Under the pieces are notes generated by a model that saw nothing but the letters and a program-made list of their open reading frames with translations, ran no database searches and was not told the origin of the DNA. A DNA stretch of 44,675 bases. Source: a virus. Taxonomy: Duplodnaviria; Caudoviricetes. Below are positions 17,653-24,416 of the stretch, one piece after another (the stretch's first letter is position 1; each line of letters starts with the position of its first letter). The translations under genes were made by a program, and so were the position numbers. Location of the stretch: the IMG/VR virus record IMGVR_UViG_3300028920_000119, positions 1 to 44,675 of that record; one strand, 5' to 3'.

Positions 17653-18582
17653 ATGGCTAAGATCAACTACAGTGGAGCGGACATTGGCAAATGGGCGACA
17701 GCCAAGCATGGGATCATCCAGCAGGCTTCAGCCATCATCGAAGAGTACCGGGCCGACGGCTTGGACCTGACCCTGCGGCAGCTTTACTACCAGTTTGTGG
17801 CCCGCGGCATACTGGCCAACAAGCAGTCCAACTACAAGCGGCTTGGCACCATCATGAGCGATGCCCGGATGGCCGGTTTGATCGACTGGAATACGATCGT
17901 GGATCGGACTCGCAACGTGTATGGCACCCGGACGTGGAGCGATCCGGGCAGCTTCATTCACAGCATGCGGTACCAATTCGCCATTGACTGGTGGGAGGGT
18001 CAGGACAACTACGTTGAAGTCTGGGTTGAGAAGGAAGCCTTGGCTTCTGTGATCGGCCGGGCCGCCAGCCAGATGCGGGTGGACTACTTCCCATGCCGTG
18101 GCTACGTCAGCCAGTCAGCCCAGTGGCGAGCGGCCCGCCGTCTGGTGGACGCCCACAGGTCCGGCCGCAATCCGGTGATCATACACCTCGGTGACCATGA
18201 CCCGAGCGGCATCGACATGACCCGCGACATCTACGACAGGCTGGCGACGTTCTGCCAGCACGATGCAGGCTTCCAGCCGGAGGTCCGCCGCATCGCCCTG
18301 ACCATGGATCAGGTCGAGGCCCACACGCCGCCGCCAAACCCGGCGAAGCTGACCGACACCCGGGCCGCTGACTACGTCGCCAAGTACGGCCACGAGTCTT
18401 GGGAGCTTGACGCTCTGGACCCGCATACGCTCATAGACCTGATTACCAACGAGGTCGAGGGCCTCATCACTGACCCGCAGGCCTTTCAGGATCGGCGGGA
18501 TCTCGAAGTAGAGTACGAAGACAAGCTGGACAGTCTGGCTCAGGCTTGGCCGCAGGTTGAGCGATTTCTCGACACGCTGTAA
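17653..18582 (+). CDS. Topoisomerase VI-A/Spo11-like winged-helix + Toprim protein
   Basis: LTLRQLYY (candidate catalytic Tyr), VEVWVEK, RGY, LGDHDPSG (Toprim DxD), WELDAL. Confidence 0.8.
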   Translation: MAKINYSGADIGKWATAKHGIIQQASAIIEEYRADGLDLTLRQLYYQFVARGILANKQSNYKRLGTIMSDARMAGLIDWNTIVDRTRNVYGTRTWSDPGSFIHSMRYQFAIDWWEGQDNYVEVWVEKEALASVIGRAASQMRVDYFPCRGYVSQSAQWRAARRLVDAHRSGRNPVIIHLGDHDPSGIDMTRDIYDRLATFCQHDAGFQPEVRRIALTMDQVEAHTPPPNPAKLTDTRAADYVAKYGHESWELDALDPHTLIDLITNEVEGLITDPQAFQDRRDLEVEYEDKLDSLAQAWPQVERFLDTL

Positions 18583-18585
18583 CTC

Positions 18586-18668
18586 GCCCGCTGGTGCCGT
18601 TGGGCCGGTTCGACTCCGGCCCCGGGCATTGAACACCAACCGCCGCGAAGCGGCAGAAAGGACTCACC
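18586..18668 (+). ncRNA. tRNA-like intergenic repeat, copy 3
   Basis: Identical to copy 2 except the hairpin loop is GAA; next ATG 18669. Confidence 0.85.
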
Positions 18669-19229
18669 ATGATAGATTTCGGAAGCCTGAAGATAACGCG
18701 AGAGGAAGCCGACCTGATTTCCCAGATAGCCAAGCGGCTTGTCGAGATTCACCCGGGCCGGTTCCCTAAGTCGGCAGTGCTTGACTTGTCCATGAGCTTG
18801 GAGGCCTGCCACGCTCTGGCCTGCCCGCTCGATCTGGAGGCCATGGCCCTCGCTCCTGCCAGTGACCTCTTGCACGACGTCGTTGGCATACACCACCATC
18901 TGGACCGGGACACAGGGACCAGGCTGAAAGACTGCTTCGTGCCCCGGTACTCAACCAAGAGCCCGGAGCCGGGCACCTACTGGGCACGGTACAACGACAG
19001 CGGAGAGAATGCTCGGAGAGATTGGGAGCCAATCAGGATTCGCGGACCCTTCGGGGCCAATAAGACCTTGGGCATCGAGATGGACGGCACCTACTATGTG
19101 GACATGATTGGGTCCCAGTCTTCGGTACCGTGCCAAGCAGGACGAAACGTCCTGCAGCCGTACAGTTTTGGGAAGCCAACCGAGTGGTGGCTGGAGCTTG
19201 GTCCGAAGATCGAGGCACCGGCAGAGTAA
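18669..19229 (+). CDS. DUF6874-like domain protein
   Basis: MSLEACHALACPLDLEAM..DLLHDVVGIHHHLDRDTG..DCFVPRY; paralogous to the N-terminus of 16805..17560. Confidence 0.75.
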   Translation: MIDFGSLKITREEADLISQIAKRLVEIHPGRFPKSAVLDLSMSLEACHALACPLDLEAMALAPASDLLHDVVGIHHHLDRDTGTRLKDCFVPRYSTKSPEPGTYWARYNDSGENARRDWEPIRIRGPFGANKTLGIEMDGTYYVDMIGSQSSVPCQAGRNVLQPYSFGKPTEWWLELGPKIEAPAE

Positions 19230-19236
19230 CCACCAC

Positions 19237-19279
19237 TGAACACCAACCGCTGGCAGAGCCAGCAGAGAGGACGTGCAGC
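19237..19279 (+). promoter_or_regulatory. Partial repeat (3' module only: linker + hairpin + SD)
   Basis: TGAACACCAACC-GCTGGC-AGA-GCCAGC-AGAGAGGA; the hairpin sequence differs but pairing is kept; next ATG 19280. Confidence 0.75.
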
Positions 19280-19522
19280 ATGATGTTTGAAGACCTGATG
19301 GAAGTCAAAGAGACGGTGGAGGACCACCGCAGTGGAGTCAAGATCGAGAAGGCCATGTTCGACAAGGCCAAGGTCTTCGAGAGGCTTGAAGGTCTGGACC
19401 CCGAGGAGGCCGCCATCTACCTGAGTTCAGCAATCGGACTGCTGAACAGCGGGGCCCTGTCCGGGGCCAAGATCGAGGTGAATGAGACCACCGTGGTCCT
19501 GACGGAGAGGTCTAGGCTGTAA
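19280..19522 (+). CDS. Hypothetical protein (80 aa)
   Basis: ATG after the partial repeat SD; stop 3 nt before repeat copy 4. Confidence 0.7.
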   Translation: MMFEDLMEVKETVEDHRSGVKIEKAMFDKAKVFERLEGLDPEEAAIYLSSAIGLLNSGALSGAKIEVNETTVVLTERSRL

Positions 19523-19525
19523 CCC

Positions 19526-19611
19526 GCCCGCTGGTGCCGTTGGGCCGGTTCGACTCCGGCCCCGGGCATTGAACACCAACAGCCGCAACGCGGCAGAAAG
19601 GACTCACCACG
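19526..19611 (+). ncRNA. tRNA-like intergenic repeat, copy 4
   Basis: Same tRNA-like core as copies 2 and 3; hairpin GCCGC-AAC-GCGGC; next ATG 19612. Confidence 0.85.
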
Positions 19612-19785
19612 ATGAAACTTGCACTGTCTGACGAACGAAGTAGCTTGGCAATAGACCGTGATGCATTCAAGGTCAAGGTCACAGCCGAGCGGGAGAACAC
19701 CGTGCTTGAAGTAGAATTGACCCTCGTCGAGGCATTGGCGGCAGCCAAGGCTTTGGAGGAAGAGGCCGCTTGGCTCAGACGTTAG
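19612..19785 (+). CDS. Hypothetical protein (57 aa, not in the ORF track)
   Basis: MKLALSDERSSLAIDRDAFKVKVTAERENTVLEVELTLVEALAAAKALEEEAAWLRR; exactly fills the interval between repeats 4 and 5. Confidence 0.75.
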   Translation: MKLALSDERSSLAIDRDAFKVKVTAERENTVLEVELTLVEALAAAKALEEEAAWLRR

Positions 19786-19867
19786 CCCGCTGGTGCCGCA
19801 AGGGCCGGTTCGACTCCGGCCCCGGGCATTCTAACCAACAGCCGCAACGCGGCAGAAAGGACTCACA
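19785..19867 (+). ncRNA. tRNA-like intergenic repeat, copy 5
   Basis: First G is the last base of the upstream TAG; bulge CTGGTGCCGCAA; same T-arm core; linker TTCTAACCAACA; GCCGC-AAC-GCGGC; AGAAAGGA; next ATG 19868. Confidence 0.85.
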
Positions 19868-20071
19868 ATGAAGAGCATGCTGAACAAGTCAGCGACAAGG
19901 GCTGCTATCATGGCTGAGGTTGACCGGACAGGCAGGACCGGTGTGATCACGCAGATCGATCCTGCCGTGTTTGAGTACCTCGAATGGAAGTTGGGCATCG
20001 TCATACAGAACGTGGTCCATAACCACCCATCGGGATTCAAGACCCTGCAGCCGGGAGTAAGGAAGAGATGA
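19868..20071 (+). CDS. Hypothetical protein (67 aa)
   Basis: Starts after the repeat 5 SD; ATGA overlap with the next gene. Confidence 0.75.
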   Translation: MKSMLNKSATRAAIMAEVDRTGRTGVITQIDPAVFEYLEWKLGIVIQNVVHNHPSGFKTLQPGVRKR

Positions 20072-20469
20072 TGAAGCACACACTGGCAACAACCTTGGCA
20101 AGGTACATTCAAGCCCGCAAGAACTGCGAGGCCAGCGGCAACACAGAGTGGTTCGACATATGGACCGAGAGGATCACGAAGCTGTGTGAGAAGCACATGC
20201 CTCATGGCTCCGGCCTCGATGTCGGGTGTGAGCTAGACCTGCCCGCCTGTACGGCGAGGAAGCTGGTCATCGTGACCAGCTACCACCATATGAATGAGGC
20301 AGGCTTCTACACCGGCTGGACCGACCACAAGATCAACGTCACGGCCAGCCTGACCAGTGGCTTTGAGGTAACCGTGACCGGCAAGAATAAGAACGACGTC
20401 AAAGAGTGGCTGGCCACCCTGTTCACTGAGATCTTGGGCATGATGATTGACGAAGACGAGGAGGTGTGA
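20068..20469 (+). CDS. Conserved-type phage hypothetical protein
   Basis: MPHGSGLD..SYHHMNEAGFYTGWTDH pattern; translationally coupled at both ends. Confidence 0.75.
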   Translation: MMKHTLATTLARYIQARKNCEASGNTEWFDIWTERITKLCEKHMPHGSGLDVGCELDLPACTARKLVIVTSYHHMNEAGFYTGWTDHKINVTASLTSGFEVTVTGKNKNDVKEWLATLFTEILGMMIDEDEEV

Positions 20470-20696
20470 CTGTGCAGTGCATCAACATGAATCTGAGCAA
20501 AGACGGCGACGCTTGGGCTCTTAAGGTGAGCAGGCTCGATGTGGTTGGCGAGGACCAGCCGGTTATGAACGAGGCAGACACCGTGACGCTGAAGCTTAAG
20601 GCCTTCAGCAAGGAACTGGCATACAGCATGGCCACGGACCTGGCCTTCAGGCTGCAGGAGCTTGTGGACGGCAAGGTTCTGCTCGTGAGTACCTAG
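20466..20696 (+). CDS. Hypothetical protein
   Basis: GTGA overlap with the previous gene, GAGGAGG RBS. Confidence 0.65.
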   Translation: MTVQCINMNLSKDGDAWALKVSRLDVVGEDQPVMNEADTVTLKLKAFSKELAYSMATDLAFRLQELVDGKVLLVST

Positions 20697-20710
20697 AGAG
20701 GAGACACACT

Positions 20711-20977
20711 ATGCAACGTGTTAAACGATACCGGATACAAGAGCATGTCAAACCCCTTCGCTCGAACCGGAGCAACCTCCGGCTGCGGGACACTGACGGC
20801 CGGACAGAGGAGTACAGCATAGCTGTGACCGGCCAAGGCGATACCGGAGACGAGGCCTTCTCGAAGGCAGTGGACTTGCTGCGGGCATTCAACGTGGACA
20901 CGGAGGGCATCAAGTACACACCTTCGGCCAGTCTGTTCAAGGGCCCGATCTTCGTGACGATCCGCTGCAAGGTTTGA
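20711..20977 (+). CDS. Hypothetical protein
   Basis: GAGGAG RBS; in operon orientation. Confidence 0.7.
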   Translation: MQRVKRYRIQEHVKPLRSNRSNLRLRDTDGRTEEYSIAVTGQGDTGDEAFSKAVDLLRAFNVDTEGIKYTPSASLFKGPIFVTIRCKV

Positions 20978-20986
20978 TATTTTATC

Positions 20987-21015
20987 TTGACAAGAGAATA
21001 GCAGGGAAGTCTACT
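20987..21015 (+). promoter_or_regulatory. Putative second early promoter
   Basis: TTGACA(20987)-17 nt-TCTACT with an AT-rich upstream tract; context resembles the 15868 promoter (TCTTGACA..AATAGC..TACTT) but the -10 is imperfect. Confidence 0.5.
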
Positions 21016-21211
21016 TAAGTCTTCTCTGATGCGTACCGATGAAGTGTGTAATGACCTATGGAAGATCGGAGGTGCGACATGGTCTAAGTAGAACACGGCA
21101 GCAATGCCGACCACAATGAAATGCGGGCGAGGCCATAACGGCCTCGTCCCGGCGGCCCCACGAGGACCACCCGGACGATGCCGTTAACTACCAACCAGAA
21201 AGGAGAACAAG

Positions 21212-21763
21212 ATGTCCGAACAGCAACAAGAACAGGTGTATCAGTTACGCGAGAGCGAGCCAGCATTCCACATCGCGGACGTAGGCAAGGTGTACCAGAT
21301 GCCAGAGGCTGCCATCCTCCACTTCATCAACCAATGCACACTGCAGGTGTCCAAGGCCGGGGCCGACCCGCTCTTCTCTCTGACCGATGCAGTCTTGGCC
21401 GGACTCTTTTTCCGGCTGCACAGAGGTCTGGGCTTCTCGGTGAACAAGGCTAAACTTGTTTGCGATGAGCTTCGCCGTAGCAGGCTCCCGGATGGCAATT
21501 ACCTGCTCCATTACTACTACAGCAAGGTCATGGAGACCGAGAGGCTTGGCCAGCCTGTGATCACCAGCCTCTGCATGGCCTTCGACGAGAGTGGCGGCAT
21601 GATCCAGCCCGGCAGTGCAGAGCTAGGTGATCTGCTGCGGGAAGGTTCCGTAGTGCTGGTAAATTCCAACAGCTTGATCATCCCTATGCTGAACAGAGCT
21701 TCGGAGATGCTCGGCGTACCCCACGACACCGATGTTGTTTTGATCATGGATGGTGGTGAATGA
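21212..21763 (+). CDS. Putative MerR-like HTH protein
   Basis: AGAAAGGAG RBS; FHIADVGKVYQMPEAAILHF..LFSLTDAVL..LGFSVNKA resembles a MerR-type winged helix. Confidence 0.5.
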   Translation: MSEQQQEQVYQLRESEPAFHIADVGKVYQMPEAAILHFINQCTLQVSKAGADPLFSLTDAVLAGLFFRLHRGLGFSVNKAKLVCDELRRSRLPDGNYLLHYYYSKVMETERLGQPVITSLCMAFDESGGMIQPGSAELGDLLREGSVVLVNSNSLIIPMLNRASEMLGVPHDTDVVLIMDGGE

Positions 21764-21779
21764 TGAACAAGGGAATCAA
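21755..21779 (+). repeat. 25-bp direct repeat, copy 1
   Basis: GGTGAATGATGAACAAGGGAATCAA, identical to 22039-22063. Confidence 0.9.
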
Positions 21780-22047
21780 CATACCGAGCGTGCCGTTTGT
21801 GAAGCCCAAGGCCGAAGACATACTCCGCGAACTCGCCCAAGCCAAGGCCGAGATCGAGCGGCTGCGGGAGGTCGTAGATCGTATGCAACAACTGGTCTCT
21901 CCCTATGGCATGGCGTGTCGGCGTATGGGAGAAGCAAATGCCCAAGAAGGGAGTGCTTGGAGGGACCATTACGACAAGGTATGTGAGATTGGTGCGGAGT
22001 TGGCGGCGTTGGCTGAATCCGCCGAAGCCGTAAAGGAAGGTGAATGA
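21760..22047 (+). CDS. Hypothetical coiled-coil protein
   Basis: ATGA overlaps at both ends; ELAQAKAEIERLR. Confidence 0.7.
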   Translation: MMNKGINIPSVPFVKPKAEDILRELAQAKAEIERLREVVDRMQQLVSPYGMACRRMGEANAQEGSAWRDHYDKVCEIGAELAALAESAEAVKEGE

Positions 22048-22063
22048 TGAACAAGGGAATCAA
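22039..22063 (+). repeat. 25-bp direct repeat, copy 2
   Basis: GGTGAATGATGAACAAGGGAATCAA. Confidence 0.9.
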
Positions 22064-22862
22064 GAACAAAGTACTGACAGCCTTACTCATAGTAGTCTTA
22101 TCTGCGGTGCCTGGGTGTGATCTGGCGGGGTGGCCTGAGAATGAGGCCAAAGAGGCAGCGGCAGCACCCAGTGAACCAGATCATTACTGGTGGGTAGAGA
22201 TCAACTACCCCGGTATACCGGACCTGTACGACGGCCCTATGCAGAGTCTTCATGTTGTTCGGAAGTGGGCCAAGCCGATAGTCACCACTCGCCCGAGCGA
22301 GGTAGAGCGGCTGTACCTGAGGCTCAGCGAAGACCTGCATGGTGCCCCGGTGACTCCCGGCGTCAAGTTGCAAGACAACATATGGCCCTTCGACGAGATC
22401 AGGCGGGCGTGTAAGTTGACCGGCAGCAGCATCATCGTGATCGAGGCCGAGGGCGTCTGCGGTCGGGGCACGTTCCCGCCAATCGCCGACTGCGTCTTGC
22501 CAGACTGCGTTACCGAGGCATGGCTGTGGCCAGCAATCCGGGACAACGGCACGACAGACAAGTGGGAGGCCGCACTGCTGCGACAGGCCCGCCTGCTGGC
22601 TAAGGACGATCGCTGGCGGTTCATATCTCACCGCAAGGGGTGGGCACCCAAGAGCCAGTACACGGCGTGGGAACAGCGATCCAAGAGGATCACAGGTATG
22701 GTTCTGGCTGACCCCTTGGACATCTACTATGTAGGCGACCGGTATGTAAGCAAGGGTGGTTACTCCACTGAAAGTGCTTCGAAACTCGCAGGCGGTATTT
22801 ACTATCCCGGGGCTACCTATGCTCTGGAAACCGCAAATGCCCTGAACCGGTGGATGAGATGA
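22044..22862 (+). CDS. Putative lipoprotein
   Basis: Basic N-terminus, hydrophobic stretch, SAVPG-C lipobox-like site. Confidence 0.6.
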   Translation: MMNKGIKNKVLTALLIVVLSAVPGCDLAGWPENEAKEAAAAPSEPDHYWWVEINYPGIPDLYDGPMQSLHVVRKWAKPIVTTRPSEVERLYLRLSEDLHGAPVTPGVKLQDNIWPFDEIRRACKLTGSSIIVIEAEGVCGRGTFPPIADCVLPDCVTEAWLWPAIRDNGTTDKWEAALLRQARLLAKDDRWRFISHRKGWAPKSQYTAWEQRSKRITGMVLADPLDIYYVGDRYVSKGGYSTESASKLAGGIYYPGATYALETANALNRWMR

Positions 22863-23227
22863 ACCTGTTGGCAACAACCATACTGACTGCGTATCTGTCC
22901 GGCGGACTGGTGCCCCTGCCCGGGCAATGGCTGCCATGGTACACCGATGTCTCAGCGTACTGTCCCTGTGAGCAGTGCTGCGGCGTCTACGCTGACGGCA
23001 TGACGGCGGCCAAGACAAAAGCCAACCACCCACTGGCGGCAGCACCAAGCGTTATCCCCTTCGGCACACAGATGTACATCCCCGGGTACCAAGACTACTT
23101 GGTTAAGGTTGAAGACCGGGGAGGTGCCATCAGGGGCAACAAACTAGATCTACTGTACCCTACGCACCAAGAGGCTTTGGTTTGGGGCCGAAGGCAAATG
23201 GTCGTATGGGTCTACCTACCGGAGTAA
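22859..23227 (+). CDS. 3D-domain (MltA-like) cell-wall enzyme
   Basis: VSAYCPCEQCCG..DGMTA..IPFGT..VEDRGGAIRGNKLDL..EALVWG; ATGA overlap. Confidence 0.85.
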   Translation: MNLLATTILTAYLSGGLVPLPGQWLPWYTDVSAYCPCEQCCGVYADGMTAAKTKANHPLAAAPSVIPFGTQMYIPGYQDYLVKVEDRGGAIRGNKLDLLYPTHQEALVWGRRQMVVWVYLPE

Positions 23228-23231
23228 CCTT

Positions 23232-23627
23232 ATGTCCAATCAGCTATCAATGAAGTATGTAATTGAGCAGATGAATCGTGATCTGGATGGCATAGCCAAC
23301 CTGCCATCTACTTCTGAAGCCAGGTTCTCGCCTGAAACCCATGCCATAGTGAGCATGAACTGCGAAATGATCAAGCTCTGCTGGAACCTCACCGGTGCTG
23401 TCCGCGTGGCTAAGACTTGTGGCGACAGCCAGCGAGCCAAGTTCTTGCCTCGCATCCTTGAGGGTATCACAGACATCATAACCCAGAGGATTCGAATGGC
23501 CGTACCGGTCAACGGAGACACCTCGTACTACTTCGCAAAGTACAAGGCCGTACAACATCTGTACAAGAACTTCGCAAGGCAGTGGCTTCGTGACTTTAGC
23601 GAAGCATTGGTTGGTATAGATATGTAA
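23232..23627 (+). CDS. Hypothetical protein
   Basis: GGAG RBS; last gene before the terminator. Confidence 0.65.
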   Translation: MSNQLSMKYVIEQMNRDLDGIANLPSTSEARFSPETHAIVSMNCEMIKLCWNLTGAVRVAKTCGDSQRAKFLPRILEGITDIITQRIRMAVPVNGDTSYYFAKYKAVQHLYKNFARQWLRDFSEALVGIDM

Positions 23628-23663
23628 CTTCAGGTGGGCTTTCGTCCTTTCCCCACCTGCAGG

Positions 23664-23692
23664 AGCCCCGCCTCGTTGGCGGGGCTTTTTTT
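23664..23692 (+). terminator. Intrinsic terminator of the early operon
   Basis: AGCCCCGCC-TCGTT-GGCGGGGCT followed by a T run; an extra hairpin CAGGTGGG/CCCACCTG precedes it at 23631-23659. Confidence 0.9.
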
Positions 23693-23702
23693 ATGTACCC
23701 AT

Positions 23703-23740
23703 AAAAAGACCCCCACTGGTTGTCCGGGCCAGCGGGGGTT
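23703..23740 (-). terminator. Intrinsic terminator of the leftward replication operon
   Basis: Minus strand ACCCCCGCTGG...CCAGTGGGGGT-CTTTTT; back-to-back with the plus-strand terminator. Confidence 0.8.
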
Positions 23741-23790
23741 AGCCTCTGAGGCTCCGCGAGCATGCTGTGCCGTCAGCAGCCGCTCGCAGC

Positions 23791-24021
23791 TTACCGGAGG
23801 GGGTGCTTTTTGCGGTAGAGGCCGAGGGCTTCGTCGACTATTTTGGTCTTGGTCAGGAAGCCGTTGTTCTTTCGGACGAGCTTGTCCATGTATGCTTCAT
23901 TCTCCGGGCTGATGCAAGTACTGAACTTGGGCCAGTGCTTGGCATTGGCATTGCGACTGCCTTTTGGTCTTCCGGCTCCCGGTCTCTTACCACCTCGGGT
24001 TGTCTTGGGCTTAGTAATCAT
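23791..24021 (-). CDS. Small DNA-binding protein (RGGxRxGAGR + ribbon-helix-helix-like)
   Basis: TRGGKRPGAGRPKG followed by strand-helix-helix FSTCISPENEAYMDKL..KTKIVDEALGLY. Confidence 0.7.
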   Translation of the reverse strand: MITKPKTTRGGKRPGAGRPKGSRNANAKHWPKFSTCISPENEAYMDKLVRKNNGFLTKTKIVDEALGLYRKKHPLR

Positions 24022-24027
24022 GATGTT

Positions 24028-24057
24028 ATCCTACGAACTCTCCTGATTCATTGTCAA
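24028..24057 (-). promoter_or_regulatory. sigma70-type promoter; probable leaderless mRNA
   Basis: Minus strand TTGACA(24057)-18 nt-TAGGAT(24033-24028)-6 nt-ATG(24021). Confidence 0.65.
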
Positions 24058-24060
24058 GAT

Positions 24061-24405
24061 TCAAGCACAGCAGTTTTTGTACTTCTTGCCCGAGCCGCAG
24101 GGGCATGGATCGTTGCGGCCGGGAGCAGGACTGTTGCGTATGGTGTTCCGGTCACGCAGGGCTTTCTTGACTGCCTTCACAGCGTTGACTAACAGCTTGA
24201 TCTTGTCTATGTGTGTCTCCCGGTACAACACTTTGTTCGGATTCTCTGGATCTGTGATGGTGAAGGTCCAGTCCCCGGGCCTGCCTGCGAAGGACACGTT
24301 CTTCGGCCCAAAGATATTCTCTAGTGCTTCCGTCATCCTGGCCTCGCCCTGCTTAACCAAGGCCGCCTGGATCTCTACATATGCAGCATCATTTGATAGC
24401 ACCAT
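24061..24405 (-). CDS. SEC-C motif protein
   Basis: C-terminal [19 protein letters not shown]; AGGAG RBS. Confidence 0.85.
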   Translation of the reverse strand: MVLSNDAAYVEIQAALVKQGEARMTEALENIFGPKNVSFAGRPGDWTFTITDPENPNKVLYRETHIDKIKLLVNAVKAVKKALRDRNTIRNSPAPGRNDPCPCGSGKKYKNCCA

Positions 24406-24416
24406 TTCAACTCCTA

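Noticed and set aside
16723-19867. CRISPR array or integron cassette array
   Set aside because: The repeats are ~85 nt and are separated by whole genes of unequal length. There is no cas1/cas2 or IntI, and no RYYYAAC/GTTRRRY attC ends.
16723-19867. Bona fide tRNA genes
   Set aside because: Only 9-12 nt lie where the D, anticodon and variable arms should be; there is no anticodon loop and no CCA directly after the discriminator.
16407-20205. Minus-strand ORFs sharing peptides such as MVFNARGRSRTGP or PFCRxAAVGVQCPGPESNRP
   Set aside because: They are antisense translations of the repeat and overlap well-supported plus-strand genes.
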